From positions 83,268,001 to 83,332,000 of the forward strand of contig OZ076409.1 in assembly GCA_964187785.1 (NCBI GenBank): 64,000 bases of DNA, in the 5' to 3' direction. The stretch comes from Amphiscolops sp. MND2022. Its lineage: Eukaryota. Each line of letters opens with the position of its first letter. Positions within the stretch are counted from its first letter, which is position 1. Positions 40,101 through 53,282 of this stretch are shown one piece after another. The translations under genes were made by a program, and so were the position numbers. Below the pieces are notes generated by a model. The model was given only the letters and a program-made list of their open reading frames with translations, did not search any database and was not told where the DNA came from.

Positions 40101-43100
40101 TGTTTTGAAAAGGGCCCGCCGGGCTAAGCCTCCCAACAGTCAGCTTCATGGTTACTTTAGAAAGTACAATAAGAAGCAAGAGGGTGATCAACCACTACTG
40201 TCCATATGCCCACTCTAAATAACATCGGTACTGCGCATTCAGTGTGATACTAGCCATTTATTTCGCTAAGTGGATGGTTTCATAAATCACTATATATGAC
40301 ATTTTATGAGTTTATGTTTTCATATGGGATCTAAAAAACATCGCAAACACACTGATACTCACTATTTTTGTAATTATTTTAAACAAACTCGGTGAAGAGC
40401 TCAAGCGATATTTATTAAATTTGATAATTCTCGTTCTGGTTCTGCGAAAGCGACTAAGTGAAGAACTTTTCAACTTGGGGCATTTTTAGATTTCAAGATA
40501 TCCAAGAAATGGTATCCAAGAAAGATATCCAAGAATGGTATCCAAGAATGATATCCAAGAAAGATATTCAAGATTTCCAAGAAATGCAAACAAATTCAAA
40601 TCTGGGTGCCAAAGATATTCAATTTATGGCCGTTAAAGATATTTTGGAAAAAAGAACTTTCACTCAAAATGTTTTCAGAGTTCACATAAACTCTGTCGTA
40701 GGAGAGTTAATAGCTCTCGGAGATTTGGACCTGTCATCTTGTTTGGGTGACAAGCCAAGATAACCAAAGACGTAACATTGGAAGACAGAATAGCCAATGA
40801 CTTGTGTAACAACGAGACAGTGGGCAATGAGAAAGAAAGTAATACCGAAATAGCAATACTTGTCATGCTTAATTAGATGCAATGCTAATTAAACTTAAGT
40901 CGTTTCTCAATTGTTTTGGAAAGTTTCATTTGCCATGCAATTGTTTCAGCTTTTCCCACATTCTCAACAAATCAAATTTTAAACTTGAGTGATTGTTAAG
41001 ACAAATCGGATGCATTTTTGTCCACTGTTTTAATAATTTTAAAGACCATGGGGTTGTTTGTGGAATCTGATGCGTCCTGAGCATACCAGAAGGAAAAGCA
41101 CTAAAAATGCATGATACAATTTTCTTGAGTTTAAACACAGAGAAAAATGTTCAATAGTTTCATGGCGCAAATTAGTAGTTTCATTTTCCTTCTGGTTTAT
41201 GTACCTGAGTATGCAGGGGGGTTGAGAGGACCTCCCAATTTGGTGACGTCATTGGTTTTGAAGGTGAGCCCAGTCATGCTGCTCCAGCCACTGTCTCTAC
41301 GAGGAGTTCTCCCACCGGCCCCTCGCTTCTTCCCCAAATGAACCACTTTGCTCGTCCTTGTTTCCGCTTCATCTTCTTCCTGATTCTCTTCATACACAAT
41401 TTCCTCCTCTTGGAACACTTTTCTGTTGCAAAAAAGAAACTTTTCATTTTCTCACTTTAATCAAAAATGGATAATTTCAATGTATTTAAACAAATTAACG
41501 TTACCCTCGATTACACATACAAGCAAGATAGAGATGAAAAAAATTGTTAAAAATTCTAATCCATTTTCTTACGTGGAAACTGAGCATGTGATTGATCTTT
41601 TCACTGTTTCCGCCGGGGGAATAAGATCTAAAGAATAAGATCTAAAATAATACGATCTAAAATTGTGACATGCTCGACTTCGAAACGGGGAATAAGATCT
41701 AAAGTTTTAGATCTTATTCCCTTCAGATCTTATTTTTTAAGAGAAGGGGAATAAGATCTAAAATGCATTGATTTTAGAGCTTATTCCCTTTAGATCTTAT
41801 TCCCGTCCTGAAATTTTAGATCTTGTTCCCTTTAGATCTTATTACCTTTTTTGACTTTAGATCTTATTCTTTAGATATTATTCCCCCTTCTAGTTTCCGC
41901 CATTTCCAATAGGAAACGATCTCAAGCACAGACGAGAGAAGTATTGGATGCCATACCGCTTCAAAAGATGCCGCTACATAAGATGCCGTTATCTTGCCAC
42001 TACATAAGATTTTGCAAACATGTTTTTAAAACTTTTCTATAATACTACTAATTCTAAATATTCTGAACACAACTATGCTTCCAAGTTAACAAAATGAACT
42101 GATCGTTGCAAATATCATTCAAATAGAAAAACTGTTCTGCTTTAGCTCATATAATTTCCATAAATCGTAGATCCTGAAACGTTTTCTGTATATTCTGGCT
42201 GCAAATAGCAGAACAATGAACGTAAAAATTCTTGGAAATTTTCAATTTTACGGATTTACACAATTAAGCTCACTTCAATAATGTTTTTACCTGTATATGC
42301 GGGTCGGGTCTGGTGGTTGAACAGGTTTGGAACATGTCGTAATATAGAAAGGGCATCCGTATCTGCAGATATCCGGCCACAGGTTCCATCTGCGGAAACA
42401 TCCCACCAGGTACCAGAAAATTCCAGGTCTCACGCAACATGTCCACGAAGCAAAAGTACCTGCGTACGAAACATTTCATTACCAAAAGGTGAAACGGAAT
42501 GAACAGGGGCAGTCGTTGGATGGCATTCAACCGCCACCCCTAGCGGTTACAGATGGTCCACTTAAGTCACACCTGTCAACCAACGAAGAAGGGTCTCAAG
42601 CTTTTCTGAAGACTATCGGTGAGAACAGAAGTTCATACTATTTTTTCTGAAAAACCCTGTTCCTTAATGGAACCTGCAAACTATCCCTTGACAACTCAGA
42701 ATTTTACCATTTTGCCAATGCTGTCTCTGCATTGTTTGTTTTGCCAAAAAAATAAAGCTTCTCTTCACTAAAGCTTCGTAATACACACACTAGTCATATA
42801 GCATGGATTCCTTCAAAGGTATTTTAAAAAACTGTTGAAAGACCCTCATTAAAAGCCCTTCAAAAGTTCCCATAGGCCTTTTGGACAATTGTTTTGGTAA
42901 CTCAGACAAATAAAAGACAAAAATGTTGTCTCCATAAATTGGAGCAGTAGTAACCGTCGAGAAAAAAGCACCAAAGAATGACAAAAAGCTTTTGGAAACG
43001 AAAACCGTTTGAAACTGAAGTATTTCGGTGTGATAAACCGAAACCTTGATCATCACATGTATGATATTTAACATGGATTTAAGTATCGCCCTAACTAAAA

Positions 43101-46100
43101 TCCTTAGCTGCATTTGATGCTGCAGACTGTATCAACTGGGAACGTTTATTTAGGCCCGATAAACTGAGGCCCGATAATGAAATATTATCTGAGGCCCGAA
43201 AATTTGCTCATCGAACTTATTATTATAACGTAGTCAGCTATATTCACATACCCCTAGTGCCCTAAATGCAGGAGCGAAGCGAAGCGGAGCGACGTGCCAT
43301 TTGGCCATGCCTCAATGTTGCTACTTGGCGAAGGGAGCGAAGCGACCGAGCCATACAACAAATATGCTAACCTCTTCAAATAAATCAAGTTAAATACATA
43401 TTGGCTGATATAAAATTATCTGACGCTAATAGTCACCAAATTGATCGGACCTCAAATTACACTAGCTTCGGGCCTCAAATATGCTACCCCTCAAACTCAT
43501 TTTCTCAAAAAACATTTTGGCGGACCTGAATTAACAAGCATCTTGTTTTTGTTGCCAAATTTTAGGTTTTTCTTTTTGATGCTAAGATAGATGCTAAAAA
43601 AGGAGCAGAAAAAAGTAGAACTTTTTGAAATCCATCCTTGTTGACCTGACTGATAGAGATGAGAAAATTATCTCAGTTCGATTATTTCCAACTCCGAAAG
43701 CTTTTGACTCTGAAATTATCAAATATTTTTCTTTATATTACCTCCACAGTTTTATAGTTTCGCTTTATTAAACCAATAGTTATAGAACGGAGGGAGCATC
43801 GAACAAGACGCCCTCTCAGAAGCGGAACTAATCCAGCAACGACATACTTTTAGCACTCGAGCGAAGCTTGTTAACTATACGATCTTGCAAAAAAATTCAA
43901 AAACTAAAATTCTGACACTTTTCTTTTATCGTATCACTTTTTTGACAAGTTTCTTTGTACAAGGAAATTTTACCAACCCGGGTTGACCCTCTTACTAGCA
44001 TTTTGGCTGTCTTGGCAAAATCTTGCCAAATTCTTACTACATCTTGGCAACCATGGATCCCATGGCAAGATTCCTATTAAGATCTCACTAAGATAATACC
44101 TTATTCCACGATCGTATCTTATCACGATGGACCAAATTCTAAGATTATTAAAAACAATATACCTTCGGTACAAGCAGCCGAGACTCAATCTGAAGGCTCA
44201 TTTCACCCAACAACGGCTATTTCTACTCATTTTCATGATCAAATGCTTCAACCTGTAGAAAAAAAAATTGCATGCAAAATTGTGCGAAAAATTACGATAA
44301 CGTATTCTGGCTTCCGAAATTCAGATGAAAATCCTAATAACTCCTCACCTGTTTAAGACTGAGAAATGCGATTGCACCAAAAGAAAGTTCATTTCAAGGG
44401 CTTTTCGAAACTTGTAAGTTATCACTTCTGTCGATTTCAGAGACGGAGAAAAATGCTCTCGAACGTCTAGGCCCATTATCGGAGAGTTGGCTCTAGACAC
44501 AGGAAGCACCTAAAATCCGGAATTTTTTAAGAAATCATATCTCCAGCTTTCCCTAAGCCTGTTTCAGCAGACTTATTGCTGCTAAAAACGGCGGTCATTG
44601 CCCCAGTTTGGGTATTGATTCATCTCGAGGGTTTTCCGACGCCGTTGTTGGCGACGGTTTGCAATTGATAGAGTAAGTAAATCAGTGCCTACCTAAATAT
44701 ACAGCACAAGCACTCTTCAATCAAATATTATACCTTGGTAACAGAACGTTGTCATGCCTAACAAATTAAATCTGCATAGATGTTGGTTTTTGTTGACTTC
44801 CTTCCAGATTTTTCTTTCCAAATAGGATTTTACAATATAATTTTTCTTGGGAACATGGCTCTCTTGATAAGATCTTACTATGACAAAATGAATACCATCG
44901 CAAGATCTTGATAAGATCTTAGCCAAGATTGTTCTAAGATCTTACTAAGATATCCATGGAGGGTCAACCCGGGAAGTTAATTTTAATTTTCTTGAACACT
45001 GAACGAAAACATCCACAAAACATCCACGAATTGTACAATTTCTACAAAGACGGGCAAAAATTGAAAAATTTTGACACTCTTTGATTCTTTTTAAACTTTT
45101 TTGAAATTAAACCTCATTGTTTCTTTCTATTACATTATGCTAAGCAGCTTATTGCTTCGTTGTTTACCTCGCTGGATACACATGCCCACAAAAATATCCA
45201 AGAATAGTGAACGAATCGCACAAAACAGTAGATAGATGAGATCAAAGAAGAACCAATTTCATTTCCCCACAACGAGGGGCGGAGGCCGAAAAAAATAGAT
45301 TTCGTTTTCTATAGCTCGGTGCCTCTGGTTGATCCTCCCAATGGCAAGCTGCAGTACCATATATACAACCAAGAGGTAAAAGGTGCTTAACTGAAGCTGT
45401 GATTTCTAAGAGATTTCTTCATAGTCCAAAACATATGACTCCTCGCCTTTGTCCTTTGAGCCATTTTTTTCTCCGTCACCTAGCAACTGAGAGAAGGCCA
45501 AAGAAAGCGCTTGAAAACAACGGCTGTGTCTTGAGGGAGGTTCGAAGCTTGTTCCAACCGAGTCCCTTCTTGGACTCTCCGAGACTTTTTATTTACACGT
45601 CAGTTTTCTTGCTTAAAAAGTGAGCCAAGTACTTACTCAGTTTTTTTAGTCGGTGTCTTGTATTGCTCAATAAAAAATATCAAGAAACGTTTTTTAAAAG
45701 TTGCATAAAATGACCGCAAACATTTTTAAAAAAAAACATTCTTCGCGTGTTTTAGGTAGTTTCAATTTATAAACTTTAGATTTTTCCAAACTCAAGGATA
45801 CTGAGAAAATGAATGTCTTGTTTTTGAATTCGATAAATGTACATTTCTTCAAAACATTTGTACAGAAGCTTATTGTACAGAAGGTTATTTTTGAGGCATT
45901 TTGATGTCATTTTGAGCCACTTTTGATGTGAACCCTTTTCCAAAAAAAAATCAGTTTCTCGACGTATCTTTATCTTACGAACCTAATTTTTTGACTATTG
46001 AATTCTGTGGAACAACCTATATAAGTTGGGTATAAAATTGGGACATGGCATGTTTTGGGAAGAAACCCGACTCAGTTAGGTTTTTCTTTTCCATATAGAA

Positions 46101-49100
46101 ATTGAAAAAAAATTTTTAGGCTTTCTATTCCCGGCAAAACTTACCGACAATGGTGAGATAGATGATGGTAATTTTCCAGAACCATGCCATTCCAAACAGG
46201 TCAAGTGGGATTTCTCTTTCGCAGTACGCACGTAGATCCAGCCTTTGGTCAGTGCCATCCGGGCAATGTTGGAAGTTCAATTGGTCACAAAGTAGACGCT
46301 GCAAAACAAAGCATTTGCCGAAGGCAGTTTTAACTGTGTCTGCTCTTCAGACGCCAAATGCAATAAGCTCGCAGGTTCTTTATCCAAGATCTCGGATTTA
46401 AGTGCAATATTCCACCAGGTGACTTGCAAGGGCTTGGTATTTTTGTCTGATCTCGAAAGATCTGACTTTTTATCTAGTCTCTTAAAGTCTGTCCGTGAAA
46501 CTGGTAAGACATAAATGATCTTAGCAATTATTTTGACATTCAAGATAGTTGCATGTTTTGTCAGAATTTTTGGAGACATGCACAAATATAGCTGAATATG
46601 TCTGACTGTTGAAAGAGGAACAAATTTATTTGGGTATGAACACTTTTGAATAGGTGCTCGATATACTATTTCATCAATTAGGGTGAACGACGCGTCAACG
46701 AAACCTTTCACAAAATCATGAGTGCGCAATACATACGATATGCAAATAAACTAACACACCAAGTTTCTGGAAATAACGTCAAAAACAACCAAGAAAATGA
46801 ATCATAAAGCATGATCAACTATAAATCATCCCGGAATTAAGTTCTAAGCAATCAAAAGTTTGAACGCTTCGCTTTACCCTGTCAGCAGCTGGTGTTATAC
46901 CCAAAGTGGTGTTATAAGAAACTAGAAACCAGACTTTTTCCTTCATTTAATTCCCGAAAACTGTTTAAAAACTGCAAAATATTCGTTTCTGTCCCTTTTG
47001 TGTTCTGAAATATACTCGTGTACAATTTAAATTCAATTGGAAAATAGAAAAGTGTAAAACTGGAGAGAAGTCTCATTTATGTCAAAATGATGAAAAAATT
47101 TTCTGTAGCAATCTGTACAGATCTGTAGAGATTACAAATCTTTACAGATCTTTACATAGCCAAACAATGACCAATAAATTACCATAACGTATTCCAAGTT
47201 ATTAGCAATTACTAAAAATACTCCAACAAACTATGTTGCGGAAATATTACAAAAACGACACTTTATCAACACATCGACCAACCCATTCGGCCACCTGTCA
47301 AATTTTATCTGCCAAAACGAAGTCAATATGGCAAACGAGCCTCTCAAAGTTTAACAACCACTTCTGGAAAGTTCGAGTGAAATGGATAAATTACCGTGTT
47401 TTACCAAAAACCGCAGTTTCTCCAGTAACCAAAATTACAGTGATGGGGACAAATTTTCCTCCTCAAGAATTTTGAGTGATGGAGAGTTTCAACTGACCAT
47501 CTCTAGGTCAGCTAAAATACTCGATAAAATAGTTGAAGAAGTCCAAAAATGCGGTATATTGGTTCCTTAGAAGCTGCAGAAAAACATATTTCTGCAAAAA
47601 TCTTTAAAGAAAATCTGCACATTTCTGTAAAGAAAATCTGTATGGATCTTCAAGATTCAGTGCAACGATCTTTGCAGAACCCTGCAGAAAAAATCCTGCA
47701 GATCTGCACAGATTTGCAAAGATCGAAAACCTGGGAAGTTCTTGCTATCAAAGCATTTTTCCTGAATCAATTTTGGATTAGAAAGGCAAGCAAGCGTAGA
47801 TGACTGTATTATCTGATTGTAAAATATCTTGAAATATTTTCCACCTTGTTTGCTATAGCCTAATTTCTGGGTCACTTCCGAAGCATTTTTCACGTATAAA
47901 ATGATATCTGTAACATCGTGTCTCCTAGAAGTCTGGATACAATTGTATGAAGCTAAATAGCTTCAGTTATTCATGTCATGTTTGAATTCGCTGCCTCTAA
48001 CCTTTGGAATACAGGATAAATCATCACACCTCATGTCGTCTCTGGTGCAATTTGCAGGATCACGCCTGGAAGAAACAACCAATTAACCCAAAACTCTGCC
48101 CAAAAGTATTTGGCGAAGTTAAATTTCGTTAGAACAAAGTCGAAAGCATCGAAAAATATTGGCGAGAGCCTAGTGTTAAACAATCAATTCCTTCCATATT
48201 AAATTCCTCGGGTTTATTAAAATCCCGCGAGGTTCTTGCAAAACGATATTCCTTTCCAAAATCTTTCGAAAACCTCGTAAGGATTTATCATTCATAGATT
48301 CATCTTTCATCCAAAAAGTGTTGCAAAATGGACGATCGTCATCGAACTTTTCTAATTTTTTTTTGTTCCAGGTTTACAAGCCATGACCTTCACTTCCTGG
48401 TTGGTCCATGATTCATGGATTCGCCATGACGAGAATCATTCCATTATGATAGACAGATATCCGTGATTCATGGCTGATCACGGAATAGACGCTGAGATTG
48501 AGCTATGATGGTCAACTTGGGCTTTTTCTCATTACCAACGTGGCCAGAACAAACAATAAGCTAGATGAAAATTAGTAGCATTATACAGATTAAGCAAAAT
48601 CGTTTTAAAAAGTATGCTTGATGTACAAAATCACTAGCCAGTTGTTGATGCTTATTTGGAAATCAGCAGAAGACTGATCCCCATTGTTCTGAGGTCCAGG
48701 CACTCGAGTTACAATAGTGAGAAACTGTCCAGAAGACATGAACTGGCTTGGGTTTGGGAAATCTGTGCCACAGAAACTGTACATGAGAGGGTACAATTCC
48801 GAGGGACCGTCATAAATTTGCATTCTTGCTGGATATGTTGCACAATCGACGTCCACTGAAAAGATCTCAAATAAACTTTTTTGTGGCACAAAAAATGGCA
48901 AATATTACTTGTGGCAAATAAACTATGTGACACAATATGGAAATTGAAAACTGTCGGTCAAAAGCAAGATTTGATCAAAATTTCTATAAATGAATCCTGG
49001 GAAAATCGATTTTTATGAGTTATTCGCTCAATGCCACCCCATTTTGACTGGTATTCATTTTTTGTCTAATTGTGAAATGTTTCGATGAACTTACAGTCTT

Positions 49101-49284
49101 CCCAATCTTCCTTCCACATGGTGCGAGCACTCAACTCAAACCAGGAAGCTCTGAAGCGAATGAAGACTCTGTATCCCTCCCTTGCTTCAATCACTGACGT
49201 CATTTTGGCCCTTTGCTTCAAATAATTCTCGTCGAAAGCCGAAGGGTGTGAGTAATACATGACAGCGTCATTGCCCAGAACAAC
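37129..49284 (-). CDS. LDLRAD2-like CUB-LDLa-TM protein, paralog B (7 exons found, 5' exon not located)
   Basis: Exons 49284-49095, 48855-48639, 48065-48002, 46298-46145, 42459-42291, 41422-41205, 37328-37129. Same phases as paralog A, five of seven identical in length, frames open. The donor after 48639 is GC. Confidence 0.8.
39268..39800 (-). mobile_element. Gypsy LTR remnant with degenerate gag N-terminus, in an intron of gene B
   Basis: RRQMVKARLSREMNILSDYEKMNIVSG parallels KKQKAKEKRARQSDVLSDLENMNVMLG (52688); continues SEMNLWLSQEIDSM; minus strand ends ...GGTTACA at 39268. Confidence 0.55.
40493..40585 (+). repeat. Short tandem repeat of (G/A)TATCCAAGAA-like 11-13 bp units
   Basis: About 7 consecutive TATCCAAGA variants. 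Confidence 0.8.
41575..41899. mobile_element. MITE-like foldback made of GGAATAAGATCTAAA motifs in both orientations
   Basis: GGAAACT...AGTTTCC ends; multiple AATAAGATCTAAA then TTTAGATCTTATTCC copies; related motifs at ~35455-35510. Confidence 0.6.
43977..44973. mobile_element. MITE with perfect 15-bp TIR CCCGGGTTGACCCTC and AA flanks
   Basis: CCCGGGTTGACCCTC at 43977-43991, GAGGGTCAACCCGGG at 44959-44973; AA on both sides; subterminal AAGATCTT / TCTTGGCAA repeats. Confidence 0.88.
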
Positions 49285-49694
49285 CTGTTTCAAGGAAGTT
49301 TCAATTGATTACATTTTTTCCTCGGAATGATGGAAAAATATTTTATGCTAGTCAAGACTGTCTTTCACAGTCACTCACGAACGAGTTTAATTTCAGAAAC
49401 TAAAATGAAGAGGAAGATGAAGCCTTTATTTCAATTGTAGAAAGATTGAAACTAAACAAAACAAAACGATAAAAATGCTGATCAGTTCTTTGAAGCTTAC
49501 CGAAAACTGATACATAACGTTTCAGACTTTTGATCACGTGATGAGTGACTTCATTCGTAATGAAATTGGCAAGCGCAAGAAAACGCAAGAATCTTATTGC
49601 CGCTTACTATCGTCATGTTGCAACATAAATGAGGTGTTCGAAAAACTACATTATAAAAGTTCACCGTCAAGATTCAGTGAGCTCACTCCGAAAA

Positions 49695-49770
49695 GGGGAG
49701 CATGGCGTAGTTGTTAAAGCATTCGGCCTGTACTGAGGGGTATCAGGTTCGAATCTCTCTCAACTCACCA
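49695..49770 (+). pseudogene. tRNA-like pseudogene / SINE head
   Basis: A-box-like TGGCGTAGTTG, B-box GGTTCGAATC, ends ACCA; acceptor and T stems have mismatches. Confidence 0.5.
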
Positions 49771-50322
49771 TTGTTGGTGTTCTATTTCTTGGTTAGATAA
49801 GAAAACAATGTGGATTTTGTTAAAAGTATCTTTAAACACAAAAGCAAAGTCAAAGCGATCTTCTTTCAATCCTGATTGGTAACACAAATGATATATCTTT
49901 AGTACGAAAGATTTAGCACTATGTTTACAAATATGTATAAACATAAATCTCATTTGTTCTACAAAAGTCTAAAGAAAGATCTAAGTTTGATTGACGTTTG
50001 TCAACCGAAAGGATCGGTTCGGTATTACACCGTATAACAGTTGGGCCTTAAGCAAGTCTTTCATCCCTAGCTTAGTGGCCCACAAATACCGGGTATGGTC
50101 AGTGACAAAAAATAACGCATTTGGCGGCGAAAAGCAAAATAAAAAGAGCAACGGTGAGCAGTCGTTTGGTTCTTTTTGTTTTGGTCGAGGTTCTCAGGTT
50201 TCGAGTGTTTTGAACCTCTGTAGTTCAAATTGTCGAACAAATAAACAAAAAGTGGACCTTACGCGTCTAAAAAAATACCCACTCTAAGAGTCGGGCACGT
50301 TTCTTCAAAAGTGCCGATTAAA

Positions 50323-50779
50323 AACAAGTCGTGAACGGCCGAACGGCCGAACGGCCCAAGTTGGCGCCATATCTAAGGCTCAAAAATAGCAAAAGGACTT
50401 CAATGTGTCAAAAAACGTTATACCCGAACTTTGAAAACGTTATATCCGAGCTTTGAAACACGTTATATCCGAACTTTGAAACACATTATATCCGAACTTT
50501 GAAACACGTTATATCCGAACTTTGAAACACATTATATCCGAACTTTGAAACACGTTATATCCGAACTTTGAAACACGTTATACCCGAACTTTGAAACACG
50601 TTATATCCGAACTTTGAAACACGTTATATCCGAACTTTGAAAGTGTTACATCCGAACTTTGAAAACTTTGAAAATGTTTGAACAAATTAACAAAAAGTGA
50701 ACCATTCAGAGTGAACTGGAAAAAACTAGTCACTGTATTAGTCGGGCTTCTTTCTTAATGGAAAAGCGCCGATTAAAAA
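50323..50779 (+). mobile_element. HINE-like element carrying a 23-bp minisatellite; abuts the 3' end of another copy (~50240-50322)
   Basis: AACAAG...GGCCCAAGTTGGCGCCATATCTAAGGCTCAAAAATAGCAAAA matches copy 1; ends GCGCCGATTAAAAA; preceded by ...GTGCCGATTAAAA. Confidence 0.7.
50412..50665 (+). repeat. Minisatellite, ~11 x 23 bp (TTATATCCGAACTTTGAAACACG)
   Basis: Unit starts at 50463, 50486, 50509, etc.; no unique spacers. Confidence 0.95.
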
Positions 50780-53270
50780 TACATTCGAATTAGAGCTTTA
50801 CCATTCTTTCCTGGTAACAACAATTTGAAAACGAATAGAACTCAAAAAAGAGCTAAAGGTTTTAGTATTTCCAAGGGTTTCAACTTTCGTTTGCGTGAAC
50901 TTGATGGAAAAAAATATGAACTTGATGTATTCAAAAATACACTTATGTACAAAAAACTAACGATACCCTATTTTGCTGAATTTGCTGCGAAAGCGTATTG
51001 ATTCTTCCGATATGCATTCGGCAAAAAATCTCAAGTGCAAAAATATGTCGGATTTGGATCAAAACTAAAACTTTTTGAATCTGATCAAAATCTGTTAAAT
51101 TATAGCATATAGTTTTTTGAAATTTTTTTAACTGTTTGACGAAATGTCTCGGAAACTACTGGTCGGAAGGAAAACCTCTGGATGTCAATTTTGAAGCCTT
51201 GACGTGAATATTTTCTAACTTTTATTTGTAAAACATTTTCTGAAAATTTTTCCTCAAGAAAGACTGCCAAAGACTGTTGTAATTTCATCGAAACGCTATT
51301 TTTACGTAGTACAATTTCAAGCATTCGCATTTTGTGATCATTTAGCGGTGGAAATTCACATGGGAGATTATCAAAACCAAAATCTAAAGAACATAGTCAA
51401 CGTTACAAAATTGGTTGCCGGTGTTTTCCGTCATGACCAGCTGTTAGCGTGCTATATTTCGAAAAATGCCGGAATATACCCTGTGCTCAGCAGACATTTT
51501 ACACTTTGCTGATATTTTAAATTCAACGAAATATGAGCCCCGGGATATAATCCGGGCTGGATTATTCGAGCAATATTAGACACTAGGTGTTTTGTTTCAG
51601 GGAACTCAGGCCCAAACAGTGTGTTCTTTTGTTTCTGTTCGAATAATATTGTTCCAAATATGGCGATTCAGTATTCTGGATCTGTCGCAGACTGCCGCCT
51701 GCGATGGAAACAATTACCAAGTAGCCCCAAATGAAGCCAACGGATTATACCTCCCTACTGGAGTGTTGCCACTTTAAAGTATGGAGACTGCTAGTACATT
51801 TAAAACAACCCTTATTATTATGCTGTTCTTATGTACTGTTTTAACCAATTACTTATTAGCTTATGGACCTTAGGTCGACTTGTCTACAATAGACGTATAG
51901 TCAAATCATTACCTATCCGGAGCTAACATTGTACATTATATTAGTTTGATTATACATGTATTATAGTATACTTTATCATATAAACCAGTTAGTTGAAATT
52001 GGAATAGCAGTAGAAATGTAAACGATAACGCAAACTGTACGATTATTTGGAAACGTGATCAAATCGTAGTCAGCATTGGCCAACTTAGACGTGTGGTACA
52101 TTAACCAATTAACCAATCATATTGCAGTGCTTTGTTCACCATTAGTCTCGCTTAGTTGCTTTGGACCGACAGTCCACTACATGTACGTGTTATTACTACT
52201 ATGTAAATAATATAGTTTAGGACATCATGAAAGTGATGATTGGTAGGCTAACCGCCCCCCCCCATTTAGTCGTTTGATGTGCTATTAGCCTTTGATTCTA
52301 TCAATTGTTGCTATTTTTAGCACTTAGCCCTACTTGCCCACAAAGAAGTGCTTATTTTAGATTTACGTCCGTTGCGTCATTGTGACGTCAGGACAAGATG
52401 CTATTTTGGGAAAGTGATGGCAACAATTTTGCGTGTCATACTATCCTAACTATATATACAGGGACCACAGGTCACCGACAATCATTCGAGACGCTATACT
52501 CACACCAAAATCTCAATCAGTGATTATTTGCAATAATTTGTTCATTCTTGTACTCAACGTCCACCTGTACTTTGTCAGTGTTATTTCAAATAACGATATA
52601 ACGATATTAGTTCTTATTTATACGTTGTTCAGTTGTTGATAAAATTGCTACAAACAACAAATTATTGTTTGGGTCAACACCTTCTGAATGCCTTCCACAA
52701 AGAAACAGAAAGCTAAGGAAAAGCGAGCGAGGCAATCAGACGTATTGTCTGATCTTGAAAATATGAATGTAATGTTGGGAAATTACCCAGAAAATCAATC
52801 AGACGTTGATCTGAATGAAAATGTAGAAGTGGACTCAAGGTCTAATGGGACAAGGACGGACATGGTCAGAAATTGTGAGGATTTTAGGACGTTATTAACT
52901 TCAGAAGATAGAAATAGATGTGAAATGACAATTGAAACTAATAGACTCATCTCTGAGGAAATATCTTACCAAATGAATAGGAAAATAGATGAACTGAAAA
53001 GGAATTTGGACACACAAATTACAGAATCTAATAACTCAGCAATTCATGATTCGATCCTTCCCTCAATCCAAAATTCATTGTCAGGACAAAATAGTGGGTT
53101 AGGGGCAAATGTGGACTCAAGGTCTAGTAGACTGAGCAGGAACACCGAAGGTAAAAAACAACAAAGTGTTTGGGAAAATACTAAATGTAGAGTACAATCA
53201 AATTCAAACAATCATCCCCAATCTAGAGATTGCTCATTAAGCTCATTAGAATGTAGTGATGATCATGACA

Positions 53271-53282
53271 TGGTGACAGGAG
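53271..53282 (+). promoter_or_regulatory. Putative primer-binding site TGGTGACAGGAG
   Basis: TGG directly after ...GACA; one mismatch from the TGGTGTCAGGAG expected for a vertebrate-type tRNA-Leu(CAG) 3' end (recalled, not checked). Confidence 0.55.

Noticed and set aside
46277..46729. 150-aa ORF as a separate gene
   Set aside because: It lies in an intron of paralog B, has no recognisable motif and has no counterpart in paralog A.
49695..49770. Functional tRNA gene
   Set aside because: Acceptor and T stems are mismatched and the anticodon arm is unclear; kept only as tRNA-derived.
50412..50665. CRISPR-like array
   Set aside because: Repeats are contiguous with no unique spacers, there are no cas genes, and the context is eukaryotic: it is a minisatellite.
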